64,000 bases of DNA from Comamonas sp. lk (GTDB lineage Bacteria > Pseudomonadota > Gammaproteobacteria > Burkholderiales > Burkholderiaceae_C). Positions 40,505 through 49,985 of the stretch are shown here, piece after piece. Within the stretch, counting starts at the first letter, position 1, and every line of letters begins with the position of its first letter. Below the pieces are notes generated by a model that worked only from the letters and a program-made list of their open reading frames with translations, had not been told where the DNA came from and did no database searches. The position numbers and the translations under genes were made by a program. The stretch lies in the NCBI GenBank assembly GCA_945869165.1, contig CAMBNY010000005.1:2012-66011 (forward strand). Reading direction: 5' to 3'.

Positions 40505-41539
40505 ATGTTCAGCTTTTTCAAAAAAAAACCTTCCCCGCTATCCGCAGCCCCCAGTTCTACTGCCTCAGGCCCCACGCCTGGGGCCGCTGTGCAAGAGGCC
40601 CCGGATAAAGCCGCTAGTGCCGCGCAGCGCCACAGCTGGTTGGGCAAACTCAAAGTCGGTTTGGGAAAAACCGCAGCGGGCATCGCCTCCGTGTTTGGCG
40701 GCGCGCGCATCGACGAGGCTTTGTTTGAGGACTTAGAAAGCGCCTTGCTCATGGCCGACGCCGGGGTATCGGCGACCACGCATTTGATTACTGAGTTACG
40801 CCGCCTAGCCAAAGAAAGCAAAGCAGAAACGCCCGAACAACTCAAGGCTTTGCTGGTCGATGCCTTGGCCCGCCTGCTCGCGCCCTTGGAGCGCAGTCTG
40901 GTCATCGGGCCAGAACAGCCCACCGTGATGATGGTGGCAGGGGTCAACGGCGCAGGCAAGACCACCACCATCGGTAAGCTCACGCACCGCTTGGCCGATC
41001 AGGGCGCGACCGTGCTGCTGGCTGCGGCCGATACCTTTCGCGCTGCGGCGCGCGAGCAACTGACGGTCTGGGCCGAGCGCAACACCGTGGAGATCGTGAG
41101 CCAAGAGGGTGGCGATCCGGCAGCGGTCAGCTACGACGCAGTGTGCGCTGGTAAAGCCCGTAAAAAAGATGTGGTGCTCATAGACACCGCAGGCCGCTTG
41201 CCCACCCAAATGCATTTGATGGAAGAGCTGAAAAAAATGCAACGCGTGGTGGCCAAGGCCGGTGTAGCGTCAGGCCTTGCGCATTGCCCGCGTGAGGTGC
41301 TGCTGGTGATTGACGGCAACACCGGGCAAAACGCCTTGGCGCAGGTGCGCGCTTTTGACGATGCGCTGGGCCTGACCGGACTCATCATCACCAAGCTTGA
41401 TGGCACGGCCAAGGGAGGTGTGCTGGCTGCCATTGCGCGTGAACGACCGATCCCCGTGTACTTTATTGGCGTGGGTGAAAAGCTAGAAGAGCTGGAGACC
41501 TTTAACGCACGCGAATTCGCCCAAGCGCTGCTCCAATAA
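40505..41539 (+). CDS. ftsY: signal recognition particle receptor FtsY
   Basis: GVNGAGKTTTIGKL, DTFRAAAREQL, DTAGRL, TKLDGTAKGG, GVGE. Confidence 0.97.
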   Translation: MFSFFKKKPSPLSAAPSSTASGPTPGAAVQEAPDKAASAAQRHSWLGKLKVGLGKTAAGIASVFGGARIDEALFEDLESALLMADAGVSATTHLITELRRLAKESKAETPEQLKALLVDALARLLAPLERSLVIGPEQPTVMMVAGVNGAGKTTTIGKLTHRLADQGATVLLAAADTFRAAAREQLTVWAERNTVEIVSQEGGDPAAVSYDAVCAGKARKKDVVLIDTAGRLPTQMHLMEELKKMQRVVAKAGVASGLAHCPREVLLVIDGNTGQNALAQVRAFDDALGLTGLIITKLDGTAKGGVLAAIARERPIPVYFIGVGEKLEELETFNAREFAQALLQ

Positions 41540-41610
41540 GTCCATACGGGCTGAGCTGGTAAAGCAGCTTAGGACCTATCTGGCTCAAGCAAGTGCTTAT
41601 GCTTTCCCCT

Positions 41611-42873
41611 ATGCCGTTTACCTTGCGCCTCGAATCCATACCGCGTCGCCAAGCACTGGCCCGCATCACCCGGCCCGCGCTGGCCGCTGCTGCACTGTCA
41701 CTGCCTATGGGCGCGAGGGCAACGGGCCCGGCCTTGGCTGCAGACAGTGCCGCCTGGCGCACCATCGAGTCGCAGGCCAGAGGCCAAACCGTGTACTTCA
41801 ACGCCTGGGCCGGTTCGCCCGCCATCAACGCTTACATCCAATGGGCGGCGGAGCAATTGGCCTCGCGATATGGGCTGCGCCTGGTGCACGTCAAGATCAG
41901 TGATGCCGCCGAGATGGTGCAACGCGTGCGCAATGAAAAAGCCGCCACCAAAGCCGGGGGTACCGTGGACCTGGTGTGGATCAACGGCGAAAACTTTTTG
42001 GCTATGAAGCGCGAAGGCTTGCTAAATGGCCCGTTTGCCGAGCAACTGCCTTCCTATGCCTGGGTCGATACCCAAGGCAAGCCCACTACGCGCATGGATT
42101 TTTCTGAGCCGGTGGACGGCATGGAAGCGCCCTGGGGCATGGCGCAACTGACCTTCATGGTCGATAGCGCCCGCGTGCCGCAAGCACCGCGCAGCCTAGC
42201 GGCATGGCTGGCTTTTGCACAGGCCCATCCGGGCCGCGTGACCTACCCGCGTCCACCCGATTTTCATGGCACCAGCTGGCTCAAGCAAATGTTGCTGGAC
42301 CTCAACTCTGGCGCGCAGCGCCAAGCGCTCTACCAGCCGCTGACCGCTGCCACATTGGATACCCGCACGGCTGCGCTGTGGCGCACCCTCGATGGCGTGC
42401 ATCCCCATTTGTGGCGCAAGGGGCGCCAGTTCCCTTTGAGCGCGGGCGCGCAGCGCCAAATGATGGCCGATGGGGAACTGCTCTGGGCCATCACATTCAA
42501 TCCCAATGAAGCAGCTAATGAAATTGCGGCAGGTCGTTTGTCGGCCAGCACCATCAGCTACCAGTTTGACAGCGGCACCCTGGGCAACACGCATTTTTTA
42601 GCGATCCCGTTTAACACCCGGGCCTTTGCCGCCGCGCAAGTGACCGCCAACTTTTTACTGGGTGCCCAAGCCCAGGCGCGTAAAGCCGACATCGCGGTGT
42701 GGGGCGACCCGACGGTGCTCGCCGTCGATGCGTTGCCGGCCACGCAGCGGGCCTGGTTCCAAGCGGCCGCTGTACCCGGCCAATTGCGGACATCGGCCCC
42801 GGCGATTCCCGAACCGCATGCCAGCTGGGTGGATGCTTTAGAAAAAGAATGGGCGCGCCGCTACGGCGGCTAA
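41611..42873 (+). CDS. ynjB: YnjB-like ABC substrate-binding protein
   Basis: ARGQTVYFNAWAG, DLVWINGENF, EAPWGMAQL, TYPRPPDFHG, GNTHFLAIPFN, WGDPTVL; RR near the N-terminus; start uncertain. Confidence 0.8.
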   Translation: MPFTLRLESIPRRQALARITRPALAAAALSLPMGARATGPALAADSAAWRTIESQARGQTVYFNAWAGSPAINAYIQWAAEQLASRYGLRLVHVKISDAAEMVQRVRNEKAATKAGGTVDLVWINGENFLAMKREGLLNGPFAEQLPSYAWVDTQGKPTTRMDFSEPVDGMEAPWGMAQLTFMVDSARVPQAPRSLAAWLAFAQAHPGRVTYPRPPDFHGTSWLKQMLLDLNSGAQRQALYQPLTAATLDTRTAALWRTLDGVHPHLWRKGRQFPLSAGAQRQMMADGELLWAITFNPNEAANEIAAGRLSASTISYQFDSGTLGNTHFLAIPFNTRAFAAAQVTANFLLGAQAQARKADIAVWGDPTVLAVDALPATQRAWFQAAAVPGQLRTSAPAIPEPHASWVDALEKEWARRYGG

Positions 42874-43028
42874 CTTAAGTCATCGTTACGATAGGCATTG
42901 AGGTGCTAAGTGCCCAATACTCTGCGCTGTGACATCACGCAGCGCTCAGCTTGCGGTGGTTGTCGCTTTTCTAGCGGGTTTGCCGTGTCGCTAAGCCCAC
43001 TCGCACCGAACTGCAAGGAGGAAACCAC

Positions 43029-44132
43029 ATGAAACATCTACCCAAACTGATTGCGCTACTGCTAGCACTAGGCCTGGCTTACCTGCTGCTGTGGCCCGTG
43101 CCGGTTCAGCCTGTGTCCTGGAACGCACCCAAAGCGCCGGGTTACCAGGGGCCGCATGCGGTCAATGACAAGCTGTCCCAACTCACGCTCATCGATTTGC
43201 AGGGCGAAGAGGGGCCGGAACACATCATGATCGGGCCGGACGGCAAGCTCTACACCACAGTTGCCAGCGGCAAAATTTTGCGCATGGCGCAAGACGGTAG
43301 CGGCCAAGAAACCTTTGCCAGCACCGGCGGACGCGTGCTGGGTTTTGACTTTGATGCCCAGGGCCAACTCGTGGCTGCGGACGCCGTCAAAGGGCTCTTG
43401 TCCATTAGCCAAGATGGTAAGGTCAGCGTACTGACCGATAAGGTGGACGGCGACCCCATCCGCTATGCCGATGCGGTCGTTGTCGCGAAAAGCGGCAAGA
43501 TGTATTTCAGCGACGCCTCCACCCGTTTTGGTCCGGCCCAGTGGGGCGGCACGTTTGAAGCCAGTATCTTGGACATTCTGGAGCAATCGGCTACCGGGCG
43601 GATTCTGGAATACGACCCAGCCACCAGCGTTACGCGTATCGTGGCGCAGGGCTTGAGTTTTGCCAATGGTGTAGCGCTCAGCCAGGACGAGGCCAGCTTG
43701 TTTGTCAATGAAACCGGCAAATACCGTGTCTGGAAATTGGCGGTCCAAGCGCAAAAACTACAACTTGGCGACGGCCCGCCTCCGACCGGCGCGCAAGTGC
43801 TGTTCGAGAACCTGCCGGGCTATCCGGACAATTTGATGCGTGGGCAGGGCGGCAAAATCTGGCTTGGCTTTGCCAAGCCGCGCAACCCGACGATTGACGG
43901 TTTTGCCGATAAGCCTTGGCTGCGCGCACTGACCTTGCGTCTGCCGCGTGCTTTATGGCCTATCCCCAAAGCTTACGGCCATGTCATGGCCTTTACCGAA
44001 GACGGCAAAGTGGTGGCTGATCTGCAAGACCCCAGCGGCGCTTACCCTGAGTCCACGGGTGTGACTGAAACTGCGGATCGGCTGTACGTTCAAAGCCTGC
44101 ACGCGAAGGGCTTGGGATGGCGAAAGCCCTGA
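43029..44132 (+). CDS. strictosidine synthase-like / SMP-30 beta-propeller protein
   Basis: EGPE, GGRVLG, YFSDAS, FANGVAL, NLPGYPDN; N-terminal membrane anchor. Confidence 0.88.
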   Translation: MKHLPKLIALLLALGLAYLLLWPVPVQPVSWNAPKAPGYQGPHAVNDKLSQLTLIDLQGEEGPEHIMIGPDGKLYTTVASGKILRMAQDGSGQETFASTGGRVLGFDFDAQGQLVAADAVKGLLSISQDGKVSVLTDKVDGDPIRYADAVVVAKSGKMYFSDASTRFGPAQWGGTFEASILDILEQSATGRILEYDPATSVTRIVAQGLSFANGVALSQDEASLFVNETGKYRVWKLAVQAQKLQLGDGPPPTGAQVLFENLPGYPDNLMRGQGGKIWLGFAKPRNPTIDGFADKPWLRALTLRLPRALWPIPKAYGHVMAFTEDGKVVADLQDPSGAYPESTGVTETADRLYVQSLHAKGLGWRKP

Positions 44133-44185
44133 GTCATTAATACCGGTTTCGGCTTGTTGGCCGGCCTACGCCTGCCGCGGGCCTC

Positions 44186-44355
44186 ACTTTTCTTTGCTTC
44201 GCCAAAGAAAAGTAAGCAAAAGAAAGGCGAGCCAAAGGCCGTGCCCCTGCGGGGTGCCTTGCGCTACTCGCGTCGCCCGGGGTCGGGCGCAAACTCGCTA
44301 CGCTCAAACAAGCGCCCGCCCTGATCCGGCCGCCGCTGCGTTGCTCAGCACGGCC
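44186..44355. repeat. structured intergenic element (nested inverted repeats)
   Basis: ACTTTTCTTTG-N6-CAAAGAAAAGT (11-bp stem); GGCCGTGC(44237)/GCACGGCC(44348) long-range helix enclosing GGGCGC/GCGCCC. Confidence 0.65.
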
Positions 44356-44434
44356 AATGGCCCAAGAAGCCCGAATACCGCGTGTGCTCGTTCGCTTCTC
44401 TCACCTTGCACACGCATGTTGGAGCGCAGTGCGC

Positions 44435-44514
44435 GCCGTCGCGGCCGTCGCGGCCGTCGCCGCTCCCGCGCTCGCAGCCACAGCCACAGCCACAGCCACG
44501 CCGCGCCGCGCCGC
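44435..44514. repeat. cluster of short tandem repeats
   Basis: (GCCGTCGCG) about x3, (CAGCCA) x4, (CGCCG) x3. Confidence 0.85.
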
Positions 44515-44735
44515 ACCAATTCCCAATTCATTCACTACGACCGCAACGTTCACCAATCTAGGCCAACAAACCCGCCCCGCAACCTCCCGCACCAACACCC
44601 CTTTCCGTCTCAAAAAAACAAAATTGGCTGTTCCAGCACCCCTTCACCCCGGCGGGGGTGAAGGGGCGGGGGGGAAGCGGGGGACAAGAAAGCGGGGGAG
44701 GCAAACCAGCGGGGGATAGACACGTACACTGCCGC

Positions 44736-45932
44736 ATGAACCGCAATCTATGGCTGCTAGCCCTCTGCCAAGGCTTCTTACTCACCAACAACATCGCTTT
44801 TGTAGCCATCAATGGCTTAGTCGGCTTTAGCCTGGCCCCCATGGCCTGGATGGCGACCTTGCCGGTGATGGGTTACGTCCTGGGCTCGGCTTTTTCAACA
44901 CCCATAGTGGCGCGTGTGCAGTCCCGGTGGGGCAGGCGCATCGGGTTTCAAACCGGCTTGCTGGTCGCCTTGCTGTCCACCCTGCTGGCCGCCTGGGCCA
45001 TAGACGCCCATAGTTTCTGGGGCCTGGTGTGCGCTACGTTTGTCGCCGGTTATTACAGCGCCAATGGTCAGCTCTACCGTTTTGCCGCCGCCGAACTCGC
45101 GCTGCCCGAGGCACGTGAGCGCGCCGTGTCCTGGGTGCTGGCCGCTGGTTTGTTCGGCGCGGTAATCGGGCCTTACCTGGCAGTCCACTCTATGCAAATC
45201 TGGCAGGTGCCTTTTGTGGGCGCCTACCTGGCGCTGGCGGCGGTGGCGCTCCTGTCTTTGCTCATCATGGGCCGCATCGAGTTCGCGCCCGAGCCGGTGC
45301 GGGTGGCCGGTGCTGCGCCGCAGGACAGGGGCCGCAGCGTCTGGCAACTCTTGCGCGAACCGGTGTTTTTTGTCGCCTGCATGGCCGCCGCGCTGGGCTA
45401 TGGCGTGATGAATCTTTTGATGGCGGCCACCCCTTTGGCCATGCAGCAATGCGGTTTGGACTTTAGCGCCACCGCCATGGTCTTGCAATGGCATGTGCTG
45501 GGCATGTTTGCACCAGGGTTTTTTACCGGCGATTTCATCAAGCGCTGGGGTGCGCTGCCGGTGATGGGCGTGGGCGTGCTGCTCAATGTGGCCTGTGTCG
45601 TGGTGGCGCTGAGCGGGGTGGATGTGTTGCAGTTCAGCGTGGCTTTGTTTTTGCTGGGCGTGGGCTGGAACTTTTTGTTCACCGGCGGCACCAGCCTGTC
45701 TTTACAGGCCTATGCGCCGCATGAAAAAGACCGCGCGCAGGCGGTGATCAACTTTGCCGTGTTCGCGGTAATGGCGCTCACCTCTTTTGCCTCCGGGGCT
45801 TTGGTGACCACCAGCGGCTGGTTCTGGCTCAATGCGCTGTCGCTGCTGCCGCTGGGCTTGACGGCCTGGATGCTTTGGTCTTTGCACCGTCGCGGCACGG
45901 GGACGCCGCCTGCGGCCCCTGCTGCCGTCTGA
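44736..45932 (+). CDS. MFS transporter
   Basis: MNRNLWLLALCQG, LYRFAAAE, QWHVLGMFAPGFFTG, GVGWNFLF; about 12 TM helices; ATG at 44736. Confidence 0.9.
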   Translation: MNRNLWLLALCQGFLLTNNIAFVAINGLVGFSLAPMAWMATLPVMGYVLGSAFSTPIVARVQSRWGRRIGFQTGLLVALLSTLLAAWAIDAHSFWGLVCATFVAGYYSANGQLYRFAAAELALPEARERAVSWVLAAGLFGAVIGPYLAVHSMQIWQVPFVGAYLALAAVALLSLLIMGRIEFAPEPVRVAGAAPQDRGRSVWQLLREPVFFVACMAAALGYGVMNLLMAATPLAMQQCGLDFSATAMVLQWHVLGMFAPGFFTGDFIKRWGALPVMGVGVLLNVACVVVALSGVDVLQFSVALFLLGVGWNFLFTGGTSLSLQAYAPHEKDRAQAVINFAVFAVMALTSFASGALVTTSGWFWLNALSLLPLGLTAWMLWSLHRRGTGTPPAAPAAV

Positions 45933-46087
45933 ATTGCGGTTTCCTGCCCCGGCCCTTTTGCGCCTGGTGGCTTTAAGGCGGCCCCGTACAATGCGCGGCT
46001 GATCTTTGCCCCCACCGGGGCGCCTTTCACCCCCGGCTGCCGCCTTGTCCGGCACCCGGTTTCAAGCCATTTTCCGGGAGTTATCCA

Positions 46088-46414
46088 ATGTTTATTTCTT
46101 CGGCCTTTGCCCAAACCGCGCCTGCTGCGGGTGGCGATATGCAATCGACCCTCATGAGCATGCTGCCTTTGGCGCTGATGTTTGTGGTGCTGTATTTCGT
46201 GATGATCCGCCCGCAGATGAAAAAGCAAAAAGAACATGCCGCCATGATCGCGGCCTTGGCTAAAGGCGATGAAGTGATTACCGGTGGCGGTCTCTTGGGC
46301 AAAGTTAGCAAAATGGGCGATAACTTTATCGGCCTGGAAGTCTCCCCAGGCGTGGACATCCAAGTCCAGCGTAGCGCTGTGATCCAGGTCCTGCCCAAAG
46401 GCTCCATCAAGTAA
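46088..46414 (+). CDS. yajC: preprotein translocase subunit YajC
   Basis: YFVMIRPQMKKQKEH, KGDEVITGGG, VLPKG. Confidence 0.96.
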   Translation: MFISSAFAQTAPAAGGDMQSTLMSMLPLALMFVVLYFVMIRPQMKKQKEHAAMIAALAKGDEVITGGGLLGKVSKMGDNFIGLEVSPGVDIQVQRSAVIQVLPKGSIK

Positions 46415-46451
46415 TTCCTTTTTTAGCGCAGCTCAGGCGGCCTTTGTTCAC

Positions 46452-48347
46452 ATGAACCGTTATTCCTTGTGGAAATACGCGATCCTTTTGGTCGCGTTGC
46501 TCATCGGCGGCTTGTATGCCTTGCCCAATTTGTTTGGCGAATCGCCGGCGGTGCAGATCTCGGCGGCCAAAGCCTCTCTCAAGCTCGAACTGGGCACCGT
46601 GACCCAGGTGCAAGAAGCGCTGAAGTCGGCGGGCATCACCCCGGACGTAGTGAGCCTGGACGGTAACTCGATCAAAGCACGATTTGCCAGCACCGATGTA
46701 CAGCTCAAGGCCAAAGACGTTATTTCGCAAGCGCTCAACCCCGATGCGGCCAATCCGTCCTATGTGGTCGCGCTCAATCTCTTGTCGCGCTCGCCCGCCT
46801 GGCTGAGCAGCCTGCACGCATCGCCGATGTACCTGGGCCTAGATTTGCGCGGCGGAGTGCACTTTATGCTCCAGGTGGATATGCAAGCGGCCTTGAGCAA
46901 AAAGGCCGAATCCCTGGCAGGTGACCTGCGCAGTGCCATGCGCGAAAAAAGCATACGCCATGGTGGCGTCAGCCGCAACGGGCAAACCGTGGAAATTCGC
47001 TTTCGTGATGCCGCCATGGTGGAGTCCGCCAAACGCCTCGTTCAAGATCAATTTCCCGATCTGGTGGTCGCCGAAAGTGTGGATGCAGGCGAGACCAAGC
47101 TGGTCGCTAGCATCCAAGCCGTGGCTGCACGCAAAGTGCAAGAGCAAGCACTTAAGCAAAACATCACCACGCTGCACAACCGGATTAACGAGCTAGGCGT
47201 GGCCGAGCCGGTGATTCAGCAGCAGGGACTAGACCGCATCGTGGTGCAGTTGCCAGGCGTGCAGGACACGGCCAAGGCCAAAGACATTTTGGGCCGCACC
47301 GCCACCTTGGAAATCCGCATGGTTGAAGACGGCGCCGAAGCGCGTGCAGCCGAAGCAGGTACCGGACCGGTGCCCCTGGGCGCCGAACGCTTCTTGGAGC
47401 GCAACGGCGCGCCGGTGATTGTGAAAAAACAGGTCATCCTGACCGGCGAAAACCTGACCGATGCCCAACCTGGCTTTGACAGCCAGACGCAAGAGGCGGC
47501 GGTCCACCTAACCTTGGATGCCAAAGGCGCCCGCATCTTTCGCGATGTGACGCGCGAGAGCGTGGGTAAGCGCATGGCGATTTTGCTGTTTGAAAAAGGC
47601 AAGGGCGAAGTGGTGACCGCGCCCGTGATCCGCTCCGAAATCGGGGGCGGACGGGTGCAAATTTCTGGCCGTATGACTACGATGGAAGCGGCCGATACCG
47701 CGCTGCTTTTGCGCGCCGGGTCGCTGGCCGCGCCTATGGAAATTATCGAAGAGCGCACTATCGGGCCCTCCTTGGGCGCGGAAAACATTGCCAAGGGCTT
47801 TAACAGCGTTACCTGGGGCTTTGCCGCCGTGGCGGTGTTTATGTGCCTGTACTACCTCTTGTTCGGCGTGATTTCCAGTGTGGCGCTGGCGCTTAATTTA
47901 TTGCTGCTGGTAGCCGTGTTGTCCATGTTGCAAGCCACGCTTACCTTGCCGGGCATGGCCGCGATGGCGCTGGTGCTGGGCATGGCGATTGACGCTAATG
48001 TGCTGATCAATGAGCGCGTCCGCGAGGAGTTGCGCAACGGCGCTTCGCCGCAAGCGGCTATCCATGCCGGTTACGACCGCGCCTGGGCCACGATTTTGGA
48101 CTCCAACGTGACTACCTTGATCGCCGGCCTGGCCTTGCTGGCCTTCGGCTCCGGCCCGGTGCGCGGCTTTGCGGTGGTGCATTGCCTGGGCATTTTGACC
48201 AGTATGTTCTCCGGCGTGTTTTTCTCGCGCGGCGTGGTCAATTTTTGGTACGGTCGGCAGAAGAAACTTAAATCCGTCTCCATCGGCACCGTCTGGCGTC
48301 CCGATGGCAGCACCGGCACCGCGCTTAGCGTGGATGGGGAGAAATAA
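46452..48347 (+). CDS. secD: protein translocase subunit SecD
   Basis: LGLDLRGGVH, NRINELGVAEP, IVVQLPG, LRAGSLAAP, DANVLINER. Confidence 0.97.
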   Translation: MNRYSLWKYAILLVALLIGGLYALPNLFGESPAVQISAAKASLKLELGTVTQVQEALKSAGITPDVVSLDGNSIKARFASTDVQLKAKDVISQALNPDAANPSYVVALNLLSRSPAWLSSLHASPMYLGLDLRGGVHFMLQVDMQAALSKKAESLAGDLRSAMREKSIRHGGVSRNGQTVEIRFRDAAMVESAKRLVQDQFPDLVVAESVDAGETKLVASIQAVAARKVQEQALKQNITTLHNRINELGVAEPVIQQQGLDRIVVQLPGVQDTAKAKDILGRTATLEIRMVEDGAEARAAEAGTGPVPLGAERFLERNGAPVIVKKQVILTGENLTDAQPGFDSQTQEAAVHLTLDAKGARIFRDVTRESVGKRMAILLFEKGKGEVVTAPVIRSEIGGGRVQISGRMTTMEAADTALLLRAGSLAAPMEIIEERTIGPSLGAENIAKGFNSVTWGFAAVAVFMCLYYLLFGVISSVALALNLLLLVAVLSMLQATLTLPGMAAMALVLGMAIDANVLINERVREELRNGASPQAAIHAGYDRAWATILDSNVTTLIAGLALLAFGSGPVRGFAVVHCLGILTSMFSGVFFSRGVVNFWYGRQKKLKSVSIGTVWRPDGSTGTALSVDGEK

Positions 48348-48349
48348 AC

Positions 48350-49303
48350 GTGGAATTTTTCAAAATTCGCCGCGATATTCCATTTATGCGCCATGCCTTG
48401 GTGCTCAATGGTATATCGCTGATTACTTTTTTAGCCGCTGTGTTTTTCCTGTTTTCTCGCGGGCTGCATTTATCGGTGGAATTTACCGGCGGCACGCTCA
48501 TGGAGGTGGGCTATTCCCAGAGCGCTGATCTGGCCGCGATCCGCAGCACCGTTGATGGCCTGGGCATTAAAGATGTGCAGGTACAAAACTTCGGCACCGC
48601 GCAAGAGGTGCTGATCCGCATGCCAGCGCAAAAAGGCGGCACGCCAGGCCAGCAAAGTGAAAAAGTATTGGCCGCGCTTAAGGCGGCTGATCCCTCGGCT
48701 AATTTGCGCCGCACCGAGTTTGTCGGCCCGCAGGTGGGCGATGAATTAGCCACCGATGGCCTGAAGGCGCTGGCCTTTGTAGTGGTGGGCATCATGCTGT
48801 ATTTGGCAGTGCGCTTTGAATGGAAGTTTGCCGTCGCCGCCATCATTGCTAACTTGCATGATGTGATCATTATTCTGGGATTTTTTGCGTTTTTCCAATG
48901 GGAGTTTTCATTACCGGTCCTGGCGGCAGTGCTGGCGGTGCTAGGTTACTCGGTGAATGAATCGGTGGTAATTTTTGACCGCATTCGCGAGAACTTTCGG
49001 CGCTACCGCAAGATGAATACGCAAGAGATCATTGATAACGCGATTACCTCCACCATCAGCCGCACCATCATCACCCATGGTTGCACGCAGTTGATGGTTT
49101 TGTCTATGCTTTTGTTTGGTGGCGCTACCTTGCATTATTTTGCGTTGGCGTTGACCATTGGCATTTTGTTTGGCATCTACTCCTCGGTATTCGTCGCCGC
49201 TGCCATTGCCATGTGGCTGGGGATTACCCGTGAGGATTTGATTAAAGGTCAGGTCAAGAAAGATATCGATCCCAATGACCCCAACGCAGGGGCCAGCGTC
49301 TGA
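48350..49303 (+). CDS. secF: protein translocase subunit SecF
   Basis: GTG start; EFTGG, EFVGPQVG, GYSVNESVVIFDRIRE, SRTIIT. Confidence 0.96.
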   Translation: MEFFKIRRDIPFMRHALVLNGISLITFLAAVFFLFSRGLHLSVEFTGGTLMEVGYSQSADLAAIRSTVDGLGIKDVQVQNFGTAQEVLIRMPAQKGGTPGQQSEKVLAALKAADPSANLRRTEFVGPQVGDELATDGLKALAFVVVGIMLYLAVRFEWKFAVAAIIANLHDVIIILGFFAFFQWEFSLPVLAAVLAVLGYSVNESVVIFDRIRENFRRYRKMNTQEIIDNAITSTISRTIITHGCTQLMVLSMLLFGGATLHYFALALTIGILFGIYSSVFVAAAIAMWLGITREDLIKGQVKKDIDPNDPNAGASV

Positions 49304-49357
49304 TCTGAAGCCGCTGGTGGCACTGCCCTGGGCGGGCGGCCCCATTCACTTTTCGAT

Positions 49358-49951
49358 TTAGCTGGTTTTGCTGCGCGCTACACGACCGCTGAGCGCGTCC
49401 AGATAGCCTAGCAGGCGTTCCGGCGGGACGGGTTTTTGGTAGAGCGTGACCCATTCGGGCAATTGCCCGTCTTGGCGGGCCTCAAGGTGAGATTTGGCGG
49501 TGACCACCAACACCGCCAATGATTGATAGGCTGATTCGCTGGCCAGTGCCCGCACCAGGTGGTACCCATCAAAAGGCTTCATCATCAGGTCGGTAATGAC
49601 CACATCCGGCCTTTGGCGTTCAATCTGAATCAAAGCTTGCGAGCCATCTGCGGCAATGCTCAAAGAAACCGGGTGCGCGCTGCGCCGGATCAGGGATTCA
49701 AAGTAAGCCACTTGCATGCCATCGTCTTCAGCTAATAGGACACGCAGGGCCCGGCGGGTAGCGGTGTCGCCGACGCCAACCCGGTTGGGCATCATCTTTT
49801 CCACGGCACTGCGGAAAATACGCCTATGTCCGCCAGAGGTGACCCAGGCTTCCAATTCTCCGTTGGCGACCATTTTTTGCACTGTGGTGGTGGACAAACC
49901 CAGCAGGCGCGCAGCTTGTTGGCTGGTGAGGACATCAGGTGTATCGTTCAT
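49358..49951 (-). CDS. response regulator with N-terminal excisionase-like (HTH_17) DNA-binding domain
   Basis: LTSQQAARLLGLSTTTVQKMV..GELEAWVTSGGHRRI followed by REC (LLAEDD, ITDLMM.PFDG, VVT, QKP). Confidence 0.85.
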   Translation of the reverse strand: MNDTPDVLTSQQAARLLGLSTTTVQKMVANGELEAWVTSGGHRRIFRSAVEKMMPNRVGVGDTATRRALRVLLAEDDGMQVAYFESLIRRSAHPVSLSIAADGSQALIQIERQRPDVVITDLMMKPFDGYHLVRALASESAYQSLAVLVVTAKSHLEARQDGQLPEWVTLYQKPVPPERLLGYLDALSGRVARSKTS

Positions 49952-49985
49952 AGCTCAGATCTAGTAAGGTAAAAGTTTGAATGCA

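Noticed and set aside
40372-40983. 394-aa ORF suggesting a GreB fusion
   Set aside because: The extension is mostly the antisense shadow of ftsY; GreB homology starts at MSKAFTKES (40371).
44194-44719. Several ORFs with Arg/Ser/His or Ala/Thr repeats
   Set aside because: They are translations of the microsatellites and the structured repeat, not credible proteins.
49358-49951. Excisionase-like domain as evidence of a prophage or ICE
   Set aside because: It is fused to a receiver domain, and no integrase, att site or phage gene is nearby.
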